Below are positions 38,008 to 49,661 of a stretch of DNA of 64,000 nt, piece by piece. Numbering within the stretch: the stretch's first letter is position 1; each line of letters begins with the position of its first letter. A program made the position numbers and the translations under genes. The notes under the pieces were generated by a model, which saw only the letters and a list, made by a program, of their open reading frames with translations, searched no databases and had not been told where the DNA came from. Source of the stretch: Tubiluchus corallicola (Eukaryota > Animalia > Priapulida). Where the stretch lies: positions 62,001 through 126,000 of the forward strand of contig JAQGDQ010000522.1 of the NCBI GenBank assembly GCA_030141605.1, given 5' to 3'.

Positions 38008-38739
38008 CCGTATTTATTCGAGTATAACGCGCACCCCTAATTTTCGATTAACCCTTTCACACCCATGGTATCCCATGGGATACGAGAATATTCTCTGCCT
38101 TTAAAATTAATAAAATTAATAATAACTGAGAGTTATTTGATCTGTTAATAGTTATTTTGATTTAAGCCAATAACAATAGACTAAAAATGGTGATAAAATG
38201 GCAAACTAGAAAATCTACATAGCATAAAAAACTGGGCAAGGTACAGTACTTTAGAGACGACTTTGTACAGATCAGCATAGCATGCATACTAAATGTCTTA
38301 AATACTTTAAAATATTATCAGCAGTTGCAAAATGAAGCACATTTTATGCTTCCATTGAATCCCAATTTATCCCGTGGGATACAGGCTATATTTAGCACAC
38401 GGGCACAGGTAGAAAAAAATAATTATTATGTGTAAACAAGATGGACATACTGAACAAAAGTACCAAGCCAAAAAATGTTTTCTTATTAAAAAATAATAAT
38501 TTGCGACTGAAAGGGTTAAAAATCGGTATAAAATTTTGTTTCACTTTTTCTGGGCTCAGACCAAGCATTGTAAGTAACAAACGTTGTTGAACTAGGCACC
38601 GTCTGACAAAGTCTGCTGATGACACAAATATTATTGATTATTTCCTTGCCTCACGCCAGCCCTGGTTTATAATGCCCACCCAAACTTTGAGTCCTTTTTT
38701 AGGTAGAAAATTTTGCGCTTTATCCTCGAATAAATACGG
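38008..38739. mobile_element. Tc1/mariner-type MITE
   Basis: 26-bp TIR ccgtatttattcgag(t/g)ataa(c/a)gcgca (24/26); TA on both sides. Confidence 0.9.
38052..38515. mobile_element. piggyBac-type MITE nested in the mariner MITE
   Basis: TTAA|ccctttca ... tgaaaggg|TTAA; internal palindromes gtatcccatgggatac and tatcccgtgggatac. Confidence 0.85.
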
Positions 38740-38999
38740 TATTCAAACAATACAATGTATGGGATTTTTCAAAAGACAAACCTAAACTTTCAATTGCACC
38801 GTGATTAGAAAATTTCTCAAAAAAAAATTCCCTGCACTTGCCTTTCACACATGGGGTGCTTCAAAAAAATGCTACATGTTTGTGGTACTGTGAAATGCAG
38901 CAGTGATGAAAGCTTTATCTCGCTAAACAACTGCTATCAAAGCACAGCGTTTTTTTAAAAGCGAGTTGTCTATTTACAAGTGAATGATCAGAACGAATT

Positions 39000-39390
39000 T
39001 GTAACAGTCGTCTTAGAAAAATAGGTTTGCGTACGAGACAAAGGGAAACACACGTTAAGCAACGAACTGAACATAGTCATCTTAGAAAAATAGATTCGCA
39101 TACGAGACAAATTGAAACACACGTTAAACAACAAACAGAACATGGTCATCTTAGAAAAATAGATTCGCATACGAGACAAATTGAAACACACGTTAAACAA
39201 CGAATTGAACATAGTCATTTCGCATACGAGACAAATTGAAACACACATTGAGCAACGAATTGAACATAGACATCTTAGAAAAACACATCTATAAACGAGA
39301 CAAAAAGAAACAAATATTAAGAAACTGAAAACATTCATCTTAGAAAAACAGATCCGCATACGAGACAAAACAAAACAAATATTAAGCATA
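39000..39390. repeat. Degenerate minisatellite, ~68-bp unit
   Basis: catcttagaaaaatagattcgcatacgagacaaattgaaacacacg recurs. Confidence 0.85.
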
Positions 39391-39427
39391 GAAATTTAAA
39401 AAATATAAAAGAACTTCAGCAACTTAC

Positions 39428-39571
39428 GAGTGACGTTCAACGTGCATCTGTTATAATCCTCTCCCAGCTCGTTAAACGCGCGGCATACGAGCTCTCCGGA
39501 ATCCTCCGGGTTGCAGTGTGACATGTCCAACACGACAAAACCAAAATCGTGAATCATTTTGAATCGGTTAG
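39428..39571 (-). CDS. sls: E13: Ig C-half (144-nt class; NRFKMIHDFGFVVLDM)
   Basis: ttcag|CT, C|gtaagt; phase 1-1. Confidence 0.9.
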
Positions 39572-40339
39572 CTGAAAGAAAACAAACATAAATCGATTCA
39601 ACTTTTTCTGTTAAATTATTACATATTAGATAAAACTATTATCCACTAAACTGATGATGATTCTTTATTTTTCATGCAATTGACTGATTCTATCTACAAG
39701 ATGATTCATTGAACAAAAACAGCTAGAAATAAACCAATATTTCAATTAAACACTAATAAAAAGACATTTTATGATATCAGTGTCGACAACAGATGTGTCT
39801 AAACAGGGGCGTGTCAAGATTTCACGAAGCCCTAGGCTGATAGATCTGTCCCGCCCATCTCTATTGTGAATTTATGGTTGTTTATGTAATGAGCAGATTA
39901 AACAATTACTTGTGGTGTATTAATGATACTATTAACCTAGCTTCTACCTGCTCATAGTTAATTACGTGTATATGAACAGCGCTTATACATAATCAGGCTA
40001 GGCAACTGCTTGTATTTGTACATTATGTCTCACTTATATAACAACCGCACTTAGTAACTGCCTGTGGTGTGTTATACAATGCTTGCTTTACATAAATGAC
40101 ACATTTTCTGAGAAGAATAGGAATTTTTTAAAAGTTGGCATCTAAAATGTGGCACACGTCAAACTTTGATACCCTAGGCCATAGCCTAGTTAGCCTATTG
40201 TCTACAACCGTTGTTGAGGCCTACAATCAACGCTGAAGCAGCATTAGAAAAATGGAATCAAAAAATATTTACATATAAAATACTAATGAAAAAATAAAAA
40301 ATTGAGAGACAAAAGCAAAAACGGCAAGGCGGAACTTAC

Positions 40340-43300
40340 CGTGACGTAGTGGCCGCCCGTTCATGTACCATTCAATCTTCAAGTTCGGGTCATTAGTCGG
40401 TTCCAAGCGACATTCAAAGTGAGCGTTCTGAGCCTCTTTGATGTTGGCGTTCTGAAGGGGAGTAAGGAACCTGGGAGGCATGGTGCTGCGCCTCTCTTCC
40501 GCCGGGAACGGCTCTCGTGGCCGCTCGACGTGTCGCAAGTGAATGTCTTCCAGCTGCTCGATTTGCTTGATGCCTTCCGGATGGACCGTGTCATACTGAA
40601 TGCCAGATTTTGGACGGCAGGACATTCTAGCCGTTGTCGTCGCCTGTCCGTAAAGGTTGGTAGCTCTGCAGGTATATTCGCCTGTATCTTCTGGATAGAC
40701 ATACAAAATGTCCAGCACAACAAAACCAAAATCATGGATAGTTCTGAATCTATGACCGGTCTTTAGTGGCTGACCGTCAAAGAACCACTCCACCTTCAGA
40801 TTGGGGTCATTTACCGGTTCGAGTCTGGCTTCAAAATGAGCTCCGCCACCTTCAGCAACATGAGGAGCATCACGAAGTTTCGTCGTAAAAACTGGCGGCT
40901 GCCCGACGGGTGCCTCTTCCTCGCGCGGCTTTTGTGGACGATATTCTTCCAGATGCTGAATGGCGCCTAATCCCTCGGGATGCTGTGACGTACGATCAAT
41001 GTGTCCCTCGCCAAAGCATTCTAGATTGCAAACACTGTATGCTTCTCCGTAGTCATTAACGGCTCTGCAGACGTACTCTCCGGTATCCTCCGAATAAACC
41101 GGATTTATGTCCAAAGCCACGAAGCCAAAGTCGTGGAGCGGACGGAACCTGGTTCCGTACTTGAGCGGTTCCCGATTGTGATACCATTCGACTCTCAGTT
41201 TTGGATCCTTGGACGGTTCCAGCCTGCATTCGAAATGAGCTTTGCCGCCGTCTCTTAGTCCAGTCTGATTGTTGAGTTGAGTAATGAAGCGAGGCGGCTG
41301 TCCGGCCTCTTTGGCTTTACAAGTGAGGTTTGCGGAACTTTGTGCCTGTCCGTAATCGTTCGTAACTTGACACGTGTAAGTACCAGAATCCTCGACATTG
41401 GTCGGGTTGATTTCCAAGCAGGCCAATCCAAAGTCCTGTGTGGGTCTGAACCGAGCACCGACCGGAATTGGCTGCCCGTTGCGGAACCAGTCGACACGAA
41501 TTCCGGGATCTCTAGCCGGTTCATAACGAGCTTCAAACTTGCAGATCTGTCCTTCGTGTAGGACTCTTGCCTGAAGAGGAGATACAAACACTGGAGGTTG
41601 CGGCTTCTCCTTTGGTTCGACTCCCATTGGTGCAGACGTTTGGGCAGTGCCATAGTCATTGGTAACAACGCAGTAGTATACGCCAGCATCTGCTGGAACT
41701 AACGGGTTGATGTCCAAGCTCGCCACTCCAAATTCCAGATTAGTTCTGTGTCGAGGACCATCGGTGATTGGGTTACCATTGTGGAACCACTCGGCTCTTA
41801 GCGTCGGATCGTTGGCAGGTTCCACGCGACACTCAAAATGAGCCGCCATTCCTTCCTTCATGTGCGGCAGATGATTCAGTGGGCTCACGAACACCGGCTT
41901 TCTAGTCGCAAAGTCCGGAACCACCTCTAGCGTGGCAGTACTGACCGCCTCGCCCCAGTCATTCCACGCCCGGCAGACATACACGCCCGCATCCTCGGCA
42001 TTGACCGGGCTTATGTCCAGGGCCACGAAGCCGAAATCGAAGAGCGGTCTGTAGCGAGAGCCAACTCGCAACGGCTGTCCGTTGTGGTACCACTCCACTT
42101 TCAGCTTGGGATCCTGATGAGGTTCCACGCGCGCCTCAAAGTGAGCAAGCTTTCCTTCCATTATTCCTAATTGGTTATTCAGAGGTGTCATGAAGACGGG
42201 CTTTTGCCCAACCTCCTTCTTAATGCAAGTCAAATTAGCAGATGTCTGGGCACTGCCATATTCGGTAGTCACCTGGCAGGTGACCGTACCGGTGTCTTCA
42301 AGCTGGGTAGGATTGATATCCAGTGTTGCCAGACCAAAGTCCTGCGAGGTCATGTAACGGCCGCCAACTGGTACTGGTTCGCTATTGAGGAACCACTCCA
42401 CCCTGACGTTAACCTCCCTCGCTGGCTCAAATCTACATTCGTAGTGAGTTCTCTTTCCTTCTTCAACGGTCTGGGCATGAAGTGGAGACACAAACATGGG
42501 CGGCGGAGGTTTGGCTTTCGGTTCAACTTTCATGCTACCTGTAGTCTGCGTAGTTCCAAACGGATTTGTAAACACGCAAGTGTAAACTCCAGTGTCATCC
42601 AAAGTAAGAGGATTAATGTCCAAGGTGGCAACACCGTTATGCAGACCGGTTCGATGTCTTGGTCCGTCCTTGATGGGACGTCCGTCGTGGAACCACTCGG
42701 CCGTCAAGTTTTCGTCGGCCGGCTCGGCGCGGCACTCGAAATGAGCCGATTGGCCTTCCGTCTTTGGCGGTTGATGATGCAGCGGTACGGCAATGCGAGG
42801 TCTTTTTGATGTGTCGTCAATGACATCTAAGTAAGCGGTGCTGATTGTCTCGCCCCATTCGTTCCAGGCACGACAGACATATTCGCCAGCATCTTCGACG
42901 TTCACTGGTGATATGTCCAATGCGACGAAGCCAAAATCAAAAAGAGGCCTGTAGCGAGTTCCGTACTTCAGCGGCTTTCCGTTACAGAACCACTCGACTC
43001 TCAACTTCGGATCTTGGTGCGGTTCGACACGCGCTTCAAAGTGACAAAGCTTTCCTTCCACGATAGACTGATTGTTAAGCGGCGTTATAAACACCGGCTT
43101 CTGCCCAATTTCCTTCGCGATGGCAGTCAGAGGTGCTGATGTCTCCGCCGTGCCATACTCTGTCGTTATCACGCACGAATAGACGCCGGAGTCCTCCATG
43201 TGAACTGGAGAAATTTCCAACGAAGCAATGCCAAAATCGTGTTTTGGTCTGAACCTAGCTCCTAGCGGTATGGGATGCCCATTATGGTACCAATCAACTT

Positions 43301-43417
43301 TGACGTAAGCATCTTTAGATGGCTCATAACTGCACACGAACTTAACTGTCTGTCCTTCCTCTGCTGTCTGAGCTTGAAGAGGAGTGACAAACATCGGCCT
43401 TTGCGGCTTCTCTTTAG
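40340..43417 (-). CDS. sls: E12: giant exon, 9.5 Ig domains
   Basis: ttgcag|CT, G|gtaagt; 3078 nt, phase 1-1; ORF 40269..43394. Confidence 0.95.
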
Positions 43418-44262
43418 CTGCAACAGAAAAGGCGATAAACAGTCAGTCGCATAACTATTAAACAACATAAGAAACTGTTTATTCTATTGTTAATCAATAA
43501 TTTTAAAGGAAGACCGGATGATTTTTCGTATACTACCTCATTTTCAAGTCCGATAAGTGAATACATTTTAACACGATTAAAACTGCAAAAGCATTTGATA
43601 ATTAAATAATAGATTAAGATCTTAAATAACAGTGGGCGAGCACAACTATTGATGACATCACAAACTAACACAAATTTCAACAGCAAAAATATTCCACGAG
43701 CGTGTTGCACGTGTTTGCGAAAGCAAAAACTGAAGTACCGTCCTACTGTAAGATATTCAGTGTGTTGTACTAAACTAGACAAGTTTTAAGATAAAAAATT
43801 CAAATTTCAAATTTACCACTGTGCTCACATAGGAGCTGTGGAACGTGTGTAGTTCGTCACAAACCAACACATCTGACCTGAGAGGCGCAGCACCTGTTTT
43901 TGTGCAACTATTCTGTAATGCAGGCACTAGTGCTCGTTTAACAAGCGAACGGCGAAATGCATGCAGTAGCGAGCTAGTGGAGCAAATGCGAAATTGTGGT
44001 TGTCTGGTAATAATTGTTTCATGTAAATCGTTTTTGATAAAAATAGTATGTTTGCTTTAAATATTTTAATAACTACATTCTTCTGATATACAATTTAAGA
44101 TTGGGTCTAGTTTTGTTTTAAATTTGATGAATAATTCATTAATTACCATAGACATTCTTGGCTCCAAAATTAATCTAATTACTCTAGTGCGAATAAACTA
44201 ATGTTCGTGTGAAATTCTTGGACTGTTATGTGAACAAGTAGGGCTAAAGAGCAATCACAAGG

Positions 44263-44334
44263 GACTGTGTGGTCTGGTGGTCATGGCAATAGACATGTAA
44301 TCCTAAGATCTCTGGCTCAAATTCGGGCTCGGTC
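44263..44334 (+). pseudogene. tRNA-derived SINE head or decayed tRNA
   Basis: A-box-like tggtctggtgg, B-box-like ggctcaaattc, imperfect acceptor stem gactgtg/ctcggtc. Confidence 0.4.
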
Positions 44335-44926
44335 ATGACACGTTTGCATTTCATTTCATTTGGTTTCAAAATTTAAGCAAATTTAGTCGATAATGAAAAA
44401 GATTTTGTTAAAACGACTATGCATCACTAGAAGAAGGTAAGTACAGTAAGTCTTCGCTTAGCGACTCCCCGTTTAATAAATAACATAACCCTTCTTAATA
44501 GAACCGTTGGCTGCTTTTACCTGCAAACACTCATTGTAACAAAATTAACGAATATTGTGCAAAAATGAACTTTCTCAATGGCCAGCAAGTCAATCGGGCA
44601 CAACAATGAAACTTGTAATTGCACTATTTGCAGTCTCATAAGTGGTTAATATAACAAACCTGCTAAGTTATTTAATGAACATTTCGAAGTTACTAATTTT
44701 TTGTACCTGAAAACCAATTATAATCGATAATCAAATCAATATCCGTATCCGATTAATCGATTACAACAACAAAATCAATGTAGCACCATTAATAAAAATA
44801 GTAAAATTTTTAGCTATAAGTAACTCTAAAATAGGAAGAAGTAAAGATAGTTAATTAACAGTAGTAATACTCGTTTAGTTTAGGCAGTACTCACTACTAA
44901 GAAAAACAGAAAATTTCAACACTTAC

Positions 44927-45532
44927 GTTCAACTCTCATAGATGCGGATGTCTTGCTGCTGCCATGCTGGTTGCTAACCTGACAAGTGTAAACTCCTGCA
45001 TCTTCTGGAATCAGAGGAGCAATATCCAACGTTGCTAGACCGTGATGAAGACCGGTCCTGTGACGAGGTCCGTCCTGAACCGGATTACCGTCGTGGAACC
45101 ATTCGGCCCGCAACGTGGGATCGTCTGCCGGCTCCACGCGGCATTCGAAGTGCGCCGCTTGTCCTTCTTTCATGTTGGGCAGATCGTTTAGCTGACTGAC
45201 AAAGATCGGTCGCTTAGTTCCGGTATCCGGTAAGCACTCCAGTGTAGCGGAAGTGGTGGCCTGGCCGTACTCGTTGGATGCTTTGCACACGTAGATACCG
45301 GAATCTTCCGTATAACAAGGACTGATATCCAAAGCCACAAAGCCAAAGTCAAACAGCGGTCTGAACCTCGTACCGTGTCGGAGCGGCTGTCCATTGCAGA
45401 ACCACTCTATGACTAGTTTAGGATCATCATGCGGTTCAATCCTCGCCTCGAAGTGGGCTAGTCCGTAGTCTTTCAGTCCGAGTTGATTGTTGAGTGGAGT
45501 CATGAAGACGGGCTTGCGGCCCATTTCTTGAG
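44927..45532 (-). CDS. sls: E11: two Ig domains
   Basis: ctatag|CT, C|gtaagt; 606 nt, phase 1-1. Confidence 0.93.
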
Positions 45533-45621
45533 CTATAGAAAAAAAACAAAATTATAAAATATTTAAAAAATACCTTACAAAAATGTTTAACAATTTAGAA
45601 CAATTTCACTGATTAGTTTTA

Positions 45622-46244
45622 CAATGTTCCCTCACTAATTGCAGGTGTTCCGTTCCAGTTCTACCTGCGATAAGTGAATTTCCACGAAGTAGGGACGCTA
45701 TACTAATTTTAGTAGTTATACATTATTTTAAGTCTTTATAAACCCTCCCCACACTCTTATACATAACCCTTTTCCCCTTCCCTTAATAACTTTTCCCATA
45801 CTGTACATGTACCTTTTAAAAAACTTTACTTAAATGTTCATAAAAATGTTCACAATCAACCAATCGTGTGTTGTGTACAATCTCACTTCGACAAGTAGCA
45901 TCTCAAGCAGATGCAAGTACTACATTTCGTTTTTGGTGTGTATTCATCCGCTGAATAAAACACTATTTACTGTAAATTGTAATTTTTTATGATTTATAAT
46001 ATTCTTTTAATGTTAGAATTAATATTTTTAATACATATTTTAATACATTTTGATTTTTTTATGCAAAATTCATCAAATCTATACATTACTGTACAATACG
46101 TACTACGCGTGTGCAAAAATGCTTTAGACGGAGTACCGCAAAAACCGGCGAAACAGTGAAAATACCGCGATAAATATTTTACATTAATATTTTTGAAACA
46201 GCAAGTACACGATAAATGAACCGCGAAGTAGCGAGGGAACACTG
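45622..46244 (-). mobile_element. Inverted second copy of the Tigger-like MITE at 33939
   Basis: TA|caatgttccctc ... gcgagggaacactg; reverse-complement similarity over its length. Confidence 0.9.
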
Positions 46245-46550
46245 TTTATAAAAACTGAAGTGAGTCAAAAAGATGTTCTTTATCAGCGAAAATATTATTG
46301 GCAAAAACTCTTGAGCGTGAAAAACAAGCTCATGTATTTGGTTCATAGTCCAATTTCAGATGGAATGAAAATGGAAATAAATGAAATAAAAGAAACATCC
46401 AATCAAAAACAGATCTGCCCTCACACGTGAGCAGTAATATAGAGAAATGAGGCATATTTAACATAGAGAATCTCTTGCAGATGAAGAAGCATTTCAGTTA
46501 CAATTAAGAAAAGACAGAAAATGTAAAAGAAAAGCTTGTAATGAACTTAC

Positions 46551-46694
46551 GCGCACAGTGCAAGTTAGCTGAACTGGTCACTTGTCCGGCCTTGTTACTA
46601 ATTCTCACGGATATAACACCGCTATCCTCTGGTTTGACCGGATCAATGTCAAGCGTGGCAATGCCCGGCTGAAGTCCTGTTCTGTACCGGCCAT
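46551..46694 (-). CDS. sls: E10: Ig C-half (144-nt class)
   Basis: ttcag|AT, C|gtaagt; phase 1-1. Confidence 0.9.
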
Positions 46695-46935
46695 CTGAAC
46701 AATAAACAAGTTTTTTAATATAGTTCACGAAGCAAACATGAAAACTTTGCTCAAACTGTAACTCTTGGTAATTTTCTCTAAAAATACCACACCAAAGATG
46801 TGTATGTAATACGTGATGTGTGCTCCGTAATGAGTATACAACAGTTATAGTTTGAACATGTAGAAGTGTTTCCACATGTACGTAATGCGCAATCCGTAAT
46901 GTGTGACGTTTTGATCGTATTAAAGCGATAATTAC

Positions 46936-47088
46936 CTGTAGGTATAGGTCGTCCATTGTGAAACCATTCCACTACTAAGTTCTTGTCGTCCTTCGGTGTA
47001 AAGTGAACCTCAAAGTGGGCGTGTTGACCCTCTTTCAATCCCGAGACGTCTCTCAACGGGGTCAGAAGTTCGGGTCTCTGCGCTGCAC
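46936..47088 (-). CDS. sls: E9: Ig N-half
   Basis: ttgtag|GT, G|gtaatt; 153 nt, phase 1-1. Confidence 0.9.
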
Positions 47089-47349
47089 CTACAACAAAGA
47101 AATTGTCGCCATCACTGTAATCAAATCTGACCGTTGCTTCCAGGTTTTAGACCTCTTACAAGGATGAAAGGTGGTCTGTGTTTAATAACGGGAAGATCAG
47201 GGCAGAGGTAGACAAAGCATGCTGCCCCAATACCAGGACCTGTCACGGAAAACTTACGGTGGTTTAAGACAATTCTGATGTGATCTAATTCTTGATAAGA
47301 ACTGTAAAATAGTAACGACTAACGAAAAAATACCACAGTTACAAAAGAG

Positions 47350-47697
47350 GAATTTTCCCATGCATCTGTATTTTTTCTATATGATTGTATCCCTTTATAA
47401 GTGAGAGATCTTTATGCATAATTTTCCCATGCATCTGTATTTTTTCTATGTAATTGTATCCCTTTATAAGTGAGAGATCTTTATGCATAATTTTCCCATG
47501 CATATGTATTTTTTTCTATGTGATTGTATCCCTTTATAAGTGAGAGATCTTTATGCATAATTTTCCCATGCATCTGTATTTTTTCTATGTAATTGTATCC
47601 CTTTATAAGTGAGAGATCCTTATGCATAATTTTCCCATGCATATGTATTTTTTCTATGTGATTGTATCCCTTTATAAGTGAGAGATCTCTATGCATT
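47350..47697. repeat. Minisatellite, ~69-bp unit, 5 copies
   Basis: ttttcccatgcat...ttgtatcccctttataagtgagagatct. Confidence 0.95.
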
Positions 47698-47918
47698 AGT
47701 CATATGAAAAATAATTCCGGTAAAAGTTAGTACTAGTGGTTCCATGAGATCTTTTCTTCTTGGCCAGTGATTTCATTCTGCGTTTTTCCTAATGTTTTAC
47801 ATTTTCAGTCCTCGCTTAAAGACTTCCCGTTTAGTGACGTTTCGTTTTAACGACGCCGAACATTTGACACCTCTTTTCACTCAACGACACACATTTTATT
47901 TTAGTGACGATTTTTTTG

Positions 47919-49480
47919 CAGTGTTCAATGCTACATTGCTGAGTGTTACAATGTTCAGTGTTTCAGCATTCAGGGTTACATTGTTCAGTGTTCATAGCTA
48001 CAGTGTTCAGTGTTGCAATGTTCAGTGTTTCAGCATTCAGTGTTACATTGTTCAGTGTTCATAGCTACAGTGTTCAGTGTTGCAATGTTCAGTGTTTCAG
48101 CATTCAGTGTTAAATTGTTCAGTGTTGCAGTGTTCATAGCTATAGTGTTCAGGATTGTAATATTCAGTGTTTCAGCATTCAGTGTTACATTGTTCAGTGT
48201 TCATAGCTACAGTTTTCAGTGTTGCAATGCTCAGTGTTTCAGCATTCAGTGTTACATTGTTCAGTGTTCAGTGTTCATAGCTACAGTGTTCACTGTTGCA
48301 AACTTCAGTGTTTCAGCATTCAGCGTTGCAGTGTTCATAGCTACAGTGTTCAGTGTTTCAGCATTCAGTGTTACATTGTTCAGTGTTCATAGCTACAGTT
48401 TTCAGTGTTGCAATGCTCAGTGTTTCAGCATTCAGTGTTACATTGTTCAGTGTTCAGTGTTCATAGCTACAGTGTTCAGTGTTGCAAACTTCAGTGTTTC
48501 AGCATTCAGCGTTGCAGTGTTCATAGCTACAGTGTTCAGTGTTTCAGCATTCAGTGTTACATTGTTCAGTGTTCAGTGTTCATAGTTACAGTGTTCAGTG
48601 TTGCAATGTTCAGTGTTTCAGCATTCAGTGTTACATTGTTCAGTGTTCAGTGTTCACAGCTACAGTGTTCAGTGTTGCAATGTTCAGTGTTTCAGCATTC
48701 AGTGTTACATTGTTCAGTGTTCATAGCTACAGTTTTCAGTGTTGCAATGCTCAGTGTTTCAGCATTCAGTGTTACATTGTTCAGTGTTCATAGCTACAGT
48801 GTTCAGTGTTGCAAACTTCAGTGTTTCAGCATTCAGCGTTGCAGTGTTCATAGCTACAGTGTTCAGTGTTTCAGCATTCAGTGTTACATTGTTCAGTGTT
48901 CATAGTTACAGTGTTCAGTGTTGCAATGTTCAGTGTTTCAGCATTCAGTGTTACATTGTTCAGTGTTCACAGCTACAGTGTTCAGTGTTGCAATGTTCAG
49001 TGTTTCAGCATTCAGTGTTACATTGTTCACAGCTACAGTGTTGCAATGTTCAGTGTTTCAGCATTCAGTGTTACATTGTTCAGTGTTCATAGCTACAGTG
49101 TTCAGTGTTGCAATGCTCAGTGTTTCAGCATTCAGTGTTACATTGTTCAGTGTTCAGTGTTCATAGCTACAGTGTTCAGTGTTGCAAACTTCAGTGTTTC
49201 AGCATTCAGCGTTGCAGTGTTCATAGCTACAGTGTTCAGTGTTTCAGCATTCAGTGTTACATTGTTCAGTGTTCAGTGTTCATAGTTACAGTGTTCAGTG
49301 TTGCAATGTTCAGTGTTTCAGCATTCAGTGTTACATTGTTCAGTGTTCATAGCTACAGTGTTCAGTGTTGCAATGTTCAGTGTTTCAGCATTCAGTGTTA
49401 CATTGTCCAGTGTTCAGAGTTCATAGCTGCAGTGTTCAGTGTTGCTCTGTTGAGTAATCAGTGTTACAGTGTTGTAGTGA
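47919..49480. repeat. Complex satellite built from TTCAGTG heptamer variants
   Basis: ttcagtg, gttgcaatg, tttcagcattcagtg, gttacattg and ttcatagctacagtg modules in variable order. Confidence 0.96.
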
Positions 49481-49661
49481 TCAGTATGCAAAATTGCAAA
49501 ACAAAAATTAAATACAGTTTACATTTTAAGTAGAAAAACAGCATAGAGTTTTGCAAAACACAAATTTATGCTTCAAGCTCTTCAAACAAGTCAAAATGAG
49601 CATAAAACTCATTTACTGCATAAGAAAAACACATGTTATCACAGGAATATGCTTCACTTAC

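Noticed and set aside
8468-39571. Dscam-like mutually exclusive cluster of 144-nt exons
   Set aside because: Each 144-nt exon alternates with its own N-half exon(s), so all fit one continuous frame.
47792-49533. Cys/Ser/Val-rich ORFs
   Set aside because: Translation of the TTCAGTG satellite in several frames.
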